NCBI GenBank assembly: GCA_038210245.1
Contig: JBBQWW010000009.1
Coordinates: 2,037 to 66,036 of the forward strand
Direction of reading: 5' to 3'
DNA length: 64,000 nucleotides
Source of the DNA: Acidimicrobiales bacterium
GTDB lineage: Bacteria > Actinomycetota > Acidimicrobiia > Acidimicrobiales > RAAP-2
Position 1 is the first letter of the stretch, and each line of letters begins with the position of its first letter. The notes beneath the pieces were generated by a model. It had not been told where the DNA came from. It ran no database searches and saw only the letters and a program-made list of their open reading frames with translations. This document shows positions 35,287 to 44,057 of the stretch, piece by piece. A program made the translations under genes and the position numbers.

Positions 35287-37020
35287 ATGCTCGACTACGT
35301 GATCCGCAACGGCTTGGTCGTGGACGGCACCGGGGCGCCCGGGCGTCGGGCCGACGTGGGGGTCCGCCACGGCCGGATCGTGGCCGTGGGCGAGATCGAC
35401 GAACGGGGCACCACCGAGCTGGATGCCGAAGGGCTGGTGGTGGCGCCGGGGATCATCGACCCCCATACCCACTACGACGCCCAGCTGTTCTGGGACCCTA
35501 CGGCGTCCCCGTCCAACCTCCACGGCGTGACCACGGTGATCGGGGGGAACTGCGGCTTCACCCTGGCCCCCATCAAGGCTGAGGACCACGACTACATCCG
35601 CCGGATGATGGCCAAGGTGGAGGGCATGCCCCTGGTGGCCCTGGAGGACGGCCTCCCGTGGGACTGGACCAGCTTCGGCGACTACCTGGGCAAGCTCGAA
35701 GGCAACCTCGGGGTCAACGCCGGCTTTCTGGTCGGCCACTGCGCCCTCCGGCGATGGGTGATGGGCGACGAGCGGGGCGCCGATGTTGCCACCGACGAAG
35801 AGGTGGCCGAGATGGCCGGGCTGCTGGCCGAGTCCCTCGAGGCGGGTGGTCTGGGCTTCTCGTCCTCGCAGTCCCGGACCCACTCCGACGGTGACGGGAA
35901 CCCCATCTCGTCCCGCCACGCCGACCGGCGTGAGATGTTGGCCTTCTGCGAGGTGGTGCGGGACCATCCCGGGACCACCCTCGAGTACATCACCAACGGT
36001 TGCCTGGACACCTTCACCGAGGAGGAGATCGACCTCATGGTGGCCATGACCACCACGGCGCGCCGCCCACTCAACTGGAACCTGCTCACCATCGACTCAC
36101 GTACCCCGGACAAGACCACCCGCCAGCTCGAGGCATCGGTCAGAGCCGCCGAGGCCGGGGGGCGCATCGTGGCGCTGACCATGCCCACCCTGGTGCCGAT
36201 GAACATGAGCTTCCGTACCCACTGCGCCCTCTTCCTCATCCCCGGCTGGGGTGACGTGATGGGCCTGCCGGTGGAACAGAGGATCGAGAAGCTGTCCGAC
36301 CCGGCCGTGCGGGAGCAGCTCGACGAGTTGGCCCACTCCGAAGGGGCCGGGGTGTTCCGTCGGCTGTCCCACTGGGCCAACTACATCATCGGCGACACCT
36401 TCGCCCCGGAGAACGAGGGCCTCAGCTGGAGGGATGTTGGCTCCATCGCCGAGGAGCAGGGCAAGCCCCCCTTCGACGCCCTGCTCGACCTGGTCATCGC
36501 CGACGAGCTCCGCACGGTGCTGTGGCCCAAGGCCTCCGACGGGGACGACGCCTCGTGGCAGGCACGGGTCGACGTGTGGAACGACCCCGGCGCCATGGTG
36601 GGTGGCTCCGATGCCGGCGCCCACCTCGACCGGATGTGCGGCTCCAACTACCCCACCTCCTTCTTGGGTGACTGCCTCCGGAAGCGGAAGTTGGTCCCAC
36701 TGGAGCGCGCCATCCAGCTGATGACCGAGGCACCGGCGGAGCTCTTCGGCCTGCACGACCGGGGCCGGATCGCCGAGGGCCTGTGCGCCGACCTCTTCGT
36801 CTTCGACCCCGAGACGGTGGGATCGGAGCCGGCCACACTGGTCCACGACCTCCCCGGCGGGAGCCCCCGCCTCATCGCCGACGCCATCGGCGTGGTACGG
36901 GTCCTGGTCAACGGCGTCGAGACCATCGCCGACGGAAAGCCCACCGGCCACCTTCCCGGCACCCTGCTCAAGTCCGGTCAAGACACCGTCACCGTCGACC
37001 CCTCGCCGGCCGGGGTCTGA
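35287..37020 (+). CDS. N-acyl-D-amino-acid deacylase (D-aminoacylase)-family amidohydrolase
   Basis: Starts MLDYVIRNGLVVDGTGAPGRRADVGVRHGRIVAVGEI...VAPGIIDPHTHYD. 577 aa. The track's 35011 start is rejected. Confidence 0.82.
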   Translation: MLDYVIRNGLVVDGTGAPGRRADVGVRHGRIVAVGEIDERGTTELDAEGLVVAPGIIDPHTHYDAQLFWDPTASPSNLHGVTTVIGGNCGFTLAPIKAEDHDYIRRMMAKVEGMPLVALEDGLPWDWTSFGDYLGKLEGNLGVNAGFLVGHCALRRWVMGDERGADVATDEEVAEMAGLLAESLEAGGLGFSSSQSRTHSDGDGNPISSRHADRREMLAFCEVVRDHPGTTLEYITNGCLDTFTEEEIDLMVAMTTTARRPLNWNLLTIDSRTPDKTTRQLEASVRAAEAGGRIVALTMPTLVPMNMSFRTHCALFLIPGWGDVMGLPVEQRIEKLSDPAVREQLDELAHSEGAGVFRRLSHWANYIIGDTFAPENEGLSWRDVGSIAEEQGKPPFDALLDLVIADELRTVLWPKASDGDDASWQARVDVWNDPGAMVGGSDAGAHLDRMCGSNYPTSFLGDCLRKRKLVPLERAIQLMTEAPAELFGLHDRGRIAEGLCADLFVFDPETVGSEPATLVHDLPGGSPRLIADAIGVVRVLVNGVETIADGKPTGHLPGTLLKSGQDTVTVDPSPAGV

Positions 37021-37131
37021 CCGCCAGCCCACCCCGGCTCCCGACGGCAGCCGTCCACCGCCGGCCCCTCCGCCCACCGCGGGGTAGGACCGGCCCTCGA
37101 TCTGCCGGGTCTGCACCCACGGCCTACACTG

Positions 37132-37146
37132 CTGACGAGGCGTCAG
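37132..37146. promoter_or_regulatory. Operator-like perfect palindrome CTGACGAGGCGTCAG (6-3-6)
   Basis: Lies 81 nt upstream of the ATG at 37227. Confidence 0.55.
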
Positions 37147-37226
37147 ATTCACACCTCGCCGGCCGGTCGCCAGGGGATCCTTCGCCGATCCGCGAGCCCG
37201 ACACCACCCACGAAAGGGGACCCACC

Positions 37227-38696
37227 ATGGCAGTTCAGATCACCAAGGACGAGACGAGGGTGCTCATCGGGGGCACGTGGGTGGAGGCCGGTAACGGCAC
37301 CTACGACATCATCAATCCGGCCACCGAGCAGGTGGTGGGTCAGGCCCCCAACGCCTCGGTGGCCGATGCCAACGCCGCCGCCGCCGCGGCCAGGGAGGCC
37401 TTTCCGGCCTGGTCGGCCACGCCGGTCGAGGAACGGCTGGCCCTGCTGAAGAAGGCCGCCGCCGCCATCCGGGCCAAGGGCGACGAACTGGTGCCCCTGG
37501 TCATCGCCGAGACGGGGGCCACGGCCTCGGTCGGCTCCCGCATGCAGGTACCGGTGAGTGCCGCCCGGTTCGACCGCTACGCGCGCGACATCAGCCACGT
37601 CCAGGAGCACATGCTGCCCCCCATCGTCTCCGAGGCCACGCCGCTGGCCCCGGGCGGCCTGATCAGTGCCCTGGCCTACCGCCAGCCCGTCGGCGTCGTC
37701 ACGGCCATCGCCAGCTACAACTTCCCCATGACCAACATGGCCGGCAAGGTCGCCCCGGCCCTGGCCATGGGGAACACCGTGGTGATGAAGCCGGCGCCCC
37801 AGGATCCCCTGGCCGTCATCGCGCTGGCGCGGGTGCTCGACGAGGTCGGGTTCCCGCCCGGCGTGATCAACATCATCAACTCGCAGGGACCCGAGCCGGC
37901 CTCCGCCCTCACCACCTCCCCCGACGTGGACATGGTGTCCTTTACCGGTTCGACGGCCGTGGGCCAGCGCATCGCCTCGGCCGGGGCCCCGACCATGAAG
38001 CGCATGCTCATGGAGTTGGGTGGGAAGGGCGCGGCCGTGGTGTTCGAGGACGCCGACATCAAGTCGGTGGTCACCGCCATCGGCTCGGTGTGGGCCTTCC
38101 ACTCCGGTCAGATCTGCACCGCCCCCACCCGGGCCATCGTCCACCGGAGCATCTTCGACCAGGTGGTGGCCGGCCTCACCCAGTTCGCCGGCGTACTGAA
38201 GGTGGGCGACCCCACCGAAGCCTCCACCGTCGTCGGTCCGCTCATCTCGGGTGCCCAGCAGCAGCGGGTCCTCGACTACATCGAGACCGGGCGCAAGGAG
38301 GGTGAGGTGGTGGCCGGCGGTGGCCGTCCCGAGCACATGGCCACGGGCTACTACGTCGAGCCCACCCTCATCTCCGGGACCAACGACATCACCGTGGCCC
38401 GGGAGGAGATCTTCGGCCCGGTGGTGGTGGCCATCCCCTTCGACGACGAGGAGGAGGGCATCGCCATCGCCAACGACTCGGAGTTCGGCCTCTACGACTA
38501 CGTGTTCTCGGGCGACACCCCCCGGGCCTTCCGGGTGGCCAAGCGGCTCCGGGCCGGCCACGTCGGCATCAACACCGCCCAGCGCAACATGGATGCACCC
38601 TTCGGCGGGTTCAAGATGAGCGGCATCGGCCGGGACGGTGGCGACACCGGACTCGAGGCCTACTCGGAGATGCAGTCCATCATCTGGTCCAGCTGA
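37227..38696 (+). CDS. NAD(P)-dependent aldehyde dehydrogenase
   Basis: 489 aa. LMELGGKGAAVVF (catalytic Glu), FHSGQICTAPTR (catalytic Cys) and EEIFGPVV are present. Confidence 0.92.
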   Translation: MAVQITKDETRVLIGGTWVEAGNGTYDIINPATEQVVGQAPNASVADANAAAAAAREAFPAWSATPVEERLALLKKAAAAIRAKGDELVPLVIAETGATASVGSRMQVPVSAARFDRYARDISHVQEHMLPPIVSEATPLAPGGLISALAYRQPVGVVTAIASYNFPMTNMAGKVAPALAMGNTVVMKPAPQDPLAVIALARVLDEVGFPPGVINIINSQGPEPASALTTSPDVDMVSFTGSTAVGQRIASAGAPTMKRMLMELGGKGAAVVFEDADIKSVVTAIGSVWAFHSGQICTAPTRAIVHRSIFDQVVAGLTQFAGVLKVGDPTEASTVVGPLISGAQQQRVLDYIETGRKEGEVVAGGGRPEHMATGYYVEPTLISGTNDITVAREEIFGPVVVAIPFDDEEEGIAIANDSEFGLYDYVFSGDTPRAFRVAKRLRAGHVGINTAQRNMDAPFGGFKMSGIGRDGGDTGLEAYSEMQSIIWSS

Positions 38697-38700
38697 GGGC

Positions 38701-40278
38701 TCACCCGGCCCCGAGGAACGGCGCCCCGTAGGAGAAGACGCCGCCGTCGGCACCCACCAGCCAGTACCCGCCGGTGGCCGAGTCGCCGGCCATGCCCACC
38801 ACCGGGGCGTTGAGCGGGGTGGCGCCGGCGCTACCCCGGAAGATGGCGTCGCCGAAGGCGAAGATGCCGCCATCGGCGGCCACGAACCAGTAGCCCCGTC
38901 CGTCGGCGGTGGTCGCCATGCCATTCACCGGCCGGTTGAGGTGGAGGTTTCCGGTAGAGCCGTAGAAGGGGGCCCCGAAGGCGAACACCCCTCCGTCACT
39001 GGCCACCATCCAGTAGCCGCCGGTGGCCGTATCGGCGGCCAGGCCCACCACCGGGGCGTTGAGGTGACTACCACCCATGGAACCGTGGAAACCGGCGTCG
39101 CCGAAGGCGAACACCCCTCCGTCGCTGGCCACCAGCCAGTAACCGTGTCCGCTGGCCGTCGGCGCGATGCCCACCACCGGCGCATTGAGGTGCTTCCCAC
39201 CCATGGAGCCGTAGAAGCCGGCGTCGCCGAAGCTGAAGATGCCACCGTCGGAAGCCACCATCCAGTAGCCGCGGCCGTCACTGGTGGCCACGATGTGGGA
39301 GATGGGGGCGTTGAGCGCGGTGCCGGCCATCGAGCCGTAGCTGACCGCATCGCCGTGGGCCGAGACCGAGCCGTCGGAGTGGGCCAACCAGTACCCGTTG
39401 GCATCGGCCGTGGCCGCCATGCCGACGGTGGGGGCCGGCAGGTTGGGCTCCCCGGCGATCGACGACACTCGGAACGGGTAGGGGAACTGCCCCCCGGTGG
39501 GGGTCACGGACCCACCGGCGCCGATGGTCTGGCCGGGGCAGTAGACGGGGGCGCCCGTGGGCGCTCCGGCCACCACCGGCGCGGCGGCTACCGGCTGTCC
39601 CTGCATGAAGTTCTGCCCGCTCTGTCGGGCCAGGGCTGAAGGGATGGCGCCGTAGGAGTAGCCGAACACCTCGACGGTCCAGGCCCGGCCGCCACTGCAG
39701 GTGACCCCGACGCCGACATCGGTGTAGGCGGCGCCCAGCATGTTCTGACGGTGGGGGGCGGAGGCCATGTAGAGCCCGTCCATGCCGTCCGAGCCGTCGC
39801 CGGGCCAGTAGCCGTTTCCGGTGTTTCCGGCGTTGGCGGCCATGGTGCACAGCTGGGTGGCCGGACCGGAGCAGGACGAGAGGGGAGGATCGGCCACCGT
39901 GCCCGTCGCAGCCAGATGGGCCGACCATCCCTGGGCGTAGGCGGCCAGGGATGGATCCACCTGCAGCGCCGGGACGATCACCCCGAACGAGGCCCGGGCG
40001 GCCCGCTCGGCGTTGATCCGGGCCACCAGATCCTGGGCGTAGAGCGCCTGGACTCCAGTGACACCGGTGGCGACGGCGGGTGCGGGGCTGGTGGCCGCGG
40101 CGGCCCGGGACGAGGCGGCCACCCCTTCCATCACCGAGAACACCGCCACCGCCACCACCACGGCGGCGGCTACCGCCGCCCCGAAGGAGGCCCACGAGTG
40201 GTGGGCGCCCGGGCCGGTGCGGCCCCGCGGGACCACGGGCTGGCGGTGGTGTCGGTGAGCTTTCTCTACTGCGGTCAT
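38701..40278 (-). CDS. Membrane-anchored or secreted CAP/SCP (PR-1-like) domain protein with a C-terminal 42-aa-repeat (propeller-like) region
   Basis: 525 aa. TM or signal anchor (AAVAAAVVVAVAVFSV). CAP block INAERAAR...AYAQGWSAHL...HRQNMLGAAYTDVGVGV. Then about 6 repeats of the form DGGVFAFGDAGFHGSMGGSHLNAPVVGLAADTATGGYWMVA. Confidence 0.85.
   Translation of the reverse strand: MTAVEKAHRHHRQPVVPRGRTGPGAHHSWASFGAAVAAAVVVAVAVFSVMEGVAASSRAAAATSPAPAVATGVTGVQALYAQDLVARINAERAARASFGVIVPALQVDPSLAAYAQGWSAHLAATGTVADPPLSSCSGPATQLCTMAANAGNTGNGYWPGDGSDGMDGLYMASAPHRQNMLGAAYTDVGVGVTCSGGRAWTVEVFGYSYGAIPSALARQSGQNFMQGQPVAAAPVVAGAPTGAPVYCPGQTIGAGGSVTPTGGQFPYPFRVSSIAGEPNLPAPTVGMAATADANGYWLAHSDGSVSAHGDAVSYGSMAGTALNAPISHIVATSDGRGYWMVASDGGIFSFGDAGFYGSMGGKHLNAPVVGIAPTASGHGYWLVASDGGVFAFGDAGFHGSMGGSHLNAPVVGLAADTATGGYWMVASDGGVFAFGAPFYGSTGNLHLNRPVNGMATTADGRGYWFVAADGGIFAFGDAIFRGSAGATPLNAPVVGMAGDSATGGYWLVGADGGVFSYGAPFLGAG
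38704..39441 (-). repeat. Protein-level repeat region (about 6 units)
   Basis: Same repeat family as in CDS 4534-5745 and CDS 24739-26259. Confidence 0.7.
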
Positions 40279-40372
40279 GGCGCTGATCCCTCACACGTCG
40301 GTCGGCGCCCCTCCCTGGTCCTATCGGCGCATACCGGCGAAAACTGTTGCCCACTTGGGGTACAACTGGGCC

Positions 40373-41371
40373 ATGCCCGTGCCCGTTCCCCCCTCGATTC
40401 CCCCGTCGTTCACCCAGTCGGCCGCCCGGGTGTCCAACTGGGGCCGGTGGGGAGCCGACGACCAGCTGGGCACGCTCAACCTCATCGATCGGGCCGCCCG
40501 GAAACGGGGACTGGCGGCGGTCCAGGACGGTGATGCCTTCGCCCTGGCCCTCCCGCTGTCGGCTGAGGAGGGGATCCAGATGGGGTTCATCCCCGGACGG
40601 GTCAACCCCACCCGCAGCATGATCTCGGTCAACGAGTCCATGGGCCCCGGGCCGGGGTGGATCGCCTTCTCGGAGGACGTGGTGACCATGGCCATGCAGT
40701 GCGCCACCCACTGGGACGGCCTGGCCCACGCCTCGTACGGCGACGGGGCCGACGGCGGTCGGATCTACAACGGCTTCCCCGCTTCCAGCACCACCGAGGC
40801 CGGTGCCGCCCGACTGGGGATCCACCTGGTGGGATCCCTGGTGTCCCGGGGGGTGCTGCTCGACGTGGCCCGGGCCAAAGGCGTCGAGATCCTCGAGGCG
40901 GGTTATCCGATCACTCCCGCCGACCTCGACGCGGCCTGCGCCCTCGGGGGCCTCGAGCTCGAGCCGGGCGACGTGGTGCTGGTCCGCACGGGCCAGATGG
41001 CCCACCTGGCGCTGGCCGGCCGGCCTGGTCTGGCCGGAGCGGAGCCGGTACGCGATCTGCTGGCCTACACCTGGCCCACCCCGGGTCTCACCGTGGCCAC
41101 CGCCGAGTGGTTCCACGCCCGCGACGTGGCCGCCGTGGCCATCGACACCCTGGTACTGGAGGTGTATCCGTCCGAGGATCCCGACCTCCCGTTGCCGGTG
41201 CACGCCCTGCACCTCGTGGAGATGGGTATGACCCAGGGCCAGAATTGGTTCCTCGACGAGTTGGCCGAAGCCTGTGCCGCCGATGGCCGCTACCAGTTCC
41301 TCCTCGACGCCACCCCGCTGCCGTTCACCAACGCCCTGGGCTCACCGGTGGCCCCGGTGGCCATCCGCTGA
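40373..41371 (+). CDS. Cyclase-family protein (kynurenine-formamidase-like fold)
   Basis: Starts MPVPVPPSIP...SNWGRWGADDQLGTLNLI. ...QCATHWDGLAHA... (HxxD metal motif) is present. The track's 40277 start is rejected. Confidence 0.75.
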   Translation: MPVPVPPSIPPSFTQSAARVSNWGRWGADDQLGTLNLIDRAARKRGLAAVQDGDAFALALPLSAEEGIQMGFIPGRVNPTRSMISVNESMGPGPGWIAFSEDVVTMAMQCATHWDGLAHASYGDGADGGRIYNGFPASSTTEAGAARLGIHLVGSLVSRGVLLDVARAKGVEILEAGYPITPADLDAACALGGLELEPGDVVLVRTGQMAHLALAGRPGLAGAEPVRDLLAYTWPTPGLTVATAEWFHARDVAAVAIDTLVLEVYPSEDPDLPLPVHALHLVEMGMTQGQNWFLDELAEACAADGRYQFLLDATPLPFTNALGSPVAPVAIR

Positions 41372-41444
41372 CCCCTCCGGGGGCCCGGCCGGTCACGGTC
41401 GGCGGCGAGCCAGGGGCTGCGCCCGTGCGCCCACCGGGCGCGGC

Positions 41445-42243
41445 CTAGGCGCGGTCGGTGGGCCGCTTCGATGCGGCGTTGGCCGAGGCCGCCTTGACCT
41501 GGGCGGTGCGGGAGGAGGCGGCACCTCCACCGACCACCGGCCCGGTACGGGGCAGAGGGACCTCGGCCCCGGCCACCTTGGCTCCGACCGGGGCGGGTCG
41601 TCCGGTGACCGACCAGTGGAGCAGCCGGGCCTGGCTGTCGACCAGGGAGGCGGTGCGGATGCCCCAGAACTCGAAGCCGTAGCGATGGCCGGCCACCTGG
41701 GCCAGCATGGCGATCAGGGTGCCCGCCGCGGCCATGGGATCGGCACCGGCCGGCGACCCCGAGACGTCCCCATGGGTGGCGATGACCCGGGCCAGGGTCA
41801 CAGTGACGGCGTTGAGGGCCCGCACCCGCAGCCCCTGGAACCGCAGGTCGCCCTCCACCGTGGTCAGCTCCACCACCCGGAACACGGCCCGGTTGCGTTC
41901 CCAGTAGTCCATGAAGCCCTCGACCACGGCCACTGCGGTAGTCCAGCTGGACCCTTCCGACCAGTCCCCGTCCACCACGCCGGCCAGCACCCCCACCCCT
42001 TCGACCAGTTCCTCGGCCAGCACGGTGATGGCGGCCTCCACGTTCTCGAAGTACTGGTAGAAGGTGGCCGGCGACGTGCCGGCCTGGCGGGCGATGTCGA
42101 TGACCTTGATCGAACGCCAGGGAGTGGCCACCAGCAGTTCGGCGGTGCACTCCAGCAGACGCTGGCGGGTGGCCCGGCCGCGCCGTCCGGGGACCCGCCC
42201 ATCGGTGGTGGCGATCAGCTCCGGATCCTCGACGGGTGGCATG
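41445..42243 (-). CDS. TetR/AcrR-family transcriptional regulator with a long C-terminal tail
   Basis: ATG at 42243. HTH segment is IKVIDIARQAGTSPATFYQYFENVEAAI. 266 aa. Confidence 0.85.
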
Positions 42244-42365
42244 GCGGCCCATGGTACCGACGCCGGGCCGCCGCCAGGGTGTGGGGACCCCTCCCTCCCC
42301 CGGGGCCACCGCCACTCCCGGTCCCGATTCCGGGTCAGAAAACCCTGGCGAGTAGGGTAAACCCC

Positions 42366-42968
42366 ATGGCGAACCGTCCGGTGCCACGCACCTTGACGCG
42401 AGCCCAGCAAGCCCGACGCCAACGTGTCGTCGACGCCGCCATGACGCTGGGGCTCGATGGGGGCTACGAAGCCGTGCAGATGCGCGACGTGGCGGCGCGG
42501 GCCGACGTGGCCATGGGCACCGTCTACCGGTACTTCACCAGCAAGGACCACCTGTTGGCCGCCGCTCTGGTCCACTGGGTCGAACAGCTGGACAGCCGCC
42601 TGGCCCAGCAGCCGGCCCAGGGCGAGACGGCCGCCGCACGGGTCATCGAGGCCCTCGACCGGGCCCTCCGGGCCATGGGGCGCCAGCCCCAGCTGGTAGG
42701 GGCGGTCTTCACCGCGCTGGCCTCGCCCGATCCTGCCGCCGTCGAGTGTCAGCAGCAGGTGTCGGTGCTGATGGAACGGATCATCACCCGGGCCATCGGG
42801 GAGCCCCAACCGCCCAGCCTCGGGGACCGGGCCCGCATCCTCGGTCACGTCTGGTACTCGGCCCTGGTCGGCTGGGTCAACGGATGGAGCAACATGGGTC
42901 GGGTGCACGACGAGCTGGTGGTGGCCATCGGGCTCCTGCTGCCCTCCGACATCTACGCCGAAGTCTGA
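42366..42968 (+). CDS. TetR/AcrR-family transcriptional regulator
   Basis: 200 aa. HTH segment is VQMRDVAARADVAMGTVYRYFTSKDHLL. It is divergent from the other TetR gene. Confidence 0.88.
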   Translation: MANRPVPRTLTRAQQARRQRVVDAAMTLGLDGGYEAVQMRDVAARADVAMGTVYRYFTSKDHLLAAALVHWVEQLDSRLAQQPAQGETAAARVIEALDRALRAMGRQPQLVGAVFTALASPDPAAVECQQQVSVLMERIITRAIGEPQPPSLGDRARILGHVWYSALVGWVNGWSNMGRVHDELVVAIGLLLPSDIYAEV

Positions 42969-42971
42969 CCG

Positions 42972-43036
42972 GAGTCACCGCGGAGCAGAGTCACCGCATG
43001 AGCCGGGTCACCGCCCGATCGGTCACGGGATGAGCC
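42972..43036 (+). promoter_or_regulatory. Four direct GTCAC(C/G)G(C/G) repeats at 15-17-bp spacing
   Basis: GAGTCACCGC (42972), GAGTCACCGC (42988), GGTCACCGC (43006) and GGTCACGGG (43021). Two copies extend to GTCACnGnATGAGCC. The array lies between the TetR stop and the ABC ATPase start. Confidence 0.35.
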
Positions 43037-43082
43037 TCCAGGCATGCCGCAGAATTCGTAGACGGCCGGGGTACCGTCTGGC

Positions 43083-44057
43083 ATGCCGTCGGCCATCGAA
43101 GTACACGGACTGTCCAAGCAGTTCGGACCCTTGCGGGCCGTGGACCAACTCACCTTCGAGGTGGCGGCGGGCCGGGTGACCGGATTCCTTGGTCCGAACG
43201 GTTCGGGCAAGACCACCACGCTCCGGATGCTCCTGGGCCTGGTCTCCATCACCGAGGGAACGGCCACGTTCGGAGGCCGTCGCTACCTTGAGTTCGACCA
43301 GCCGATCCGGCACGTCGGGGCGGTCCTCGAGGCCACCAGCTTCCACCCCTCCCGTCGGGCCGAGGACCACCTGAAGGCGGTGGCCCTGGGAGCCGGGCTC
43401 CCACTGTCCCGGGTGGACGAGACGCTCGACCTGGTGGGACTGTCCGACGTGGCCCGGCGCCGGGTGGGCAAGTTCTCGTTGGGCATGCGCCAACGGCTGC
43501 AGCTGGCCACCGCCCTGCTCGGGGATCCCGAGATCCTCATTCTGGACGAGCCGTCCAACGGCCTCGACCCCCAGGGCATCCAGTGGCTCCGCACCTTCAT
43601 CCGCCATCAGGCCTCTGTCGGCCATGCCGTGCTGGTCTCTTCCCACCTGCTGTCCGAGATGGAGGAGACCGTCGACGACGTGGTCATCGTGTCCCACGGG
43701 AAGCTGGTGCTCCAGACCACCCTGGCCGATCTGGCCCAGCAGGCCGGCACCAGCACCGGGCTGCGCGTCCGGACGCCCGAGATGGCCCGCCTGAGGGCCG
43801 TCCTTGACGCCGTCCCCGTGTACTACCGCCAGACCGCCGACGACGGCCTGACCATCGATGGCGCCACCCCGGAGTGGTTCGGCCCGCTGGCCGCCCAGCA
43901 CCAGATCGTCCTGTATGAACTGGTGCACGAACGGGGCAGCCTCGAGGAGGTCTTCCTCAGCCTGACCCACGGCTTCGACGCCGCCGACCCCTCCCTGATG
44001 GGCGGTCCGTCGGCCACTCCGGCCGGCCTCGGCCCCATGCCCGGAGGTGCGCAGTGA
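43083..44057 (+). CDS. ABC transporter ATP-binding protein (ABC-2/DrrA-like)
   Basis: Walker A GPNGSGKTT, signature FSLGMRQRL, Walker B ILILDEP. Confidence 0.92.
   Translation: MPSAIEVHGLSKQFGPLRAVDQLTFEVAAGRVTGFLGPNGSGKTTTLRMLLGLVSITEGTATFGGRRYLEFDQPIRHVGAVLEATSFHPSRRAEDHLKAVALGAGLPLSRVDETLDLVGLSDVARRRVGKFSLGMRQRLQLATALLGDPEILILDEPSNGLDPQGIQWLRTFIRHQASVGHAVLVSSHLLSEMEETVDDVVIVSHGKLVLQTTLADLAQQAGTSTGLRVRTPEMARLRAVLDAVPVYYRQTADDGLTIDGATPEWFGPLAAQHQIVLYELVHERGSLEEVFLSLTHGFDAADPSLMGGPSATPAGLGPMPGGAQ

Noticed and set aside
39278-41212. 644-aa minus-strand ORF spanning the CAP-repeat gene and the cyclase gene
   Set aside because: It crosses a divergent promoter and two well-supported genes. It is an Arg/Gly/Pro-rich shadow frame. 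The same reasoning rejects 12032-12964, 13752-14693, 14752-15744, 17147-18133, 21046-22488, 23352-24647, 26283-27692, 28763-30100, 30205-31134, 31229-32509, 34690-35967, 36097-37152, 37149-38924, 43023-43970, 43823-44755, 44838-46103, 46744-47985, 48266-49384, 51812-53200, 52729-53910, 54340-55395, 55019-56041, 58184-59140 and 61367-62680.
42366-42968. Calling this TetR (or the one at 41445-42243) the KstR2 orthologue
   Set aside because: Its helix-turn-helix sequence does not match what I remember of KstR2. The KstR2-type operator is not seen in the echA intergenic region. I call it only 'TetR family'.
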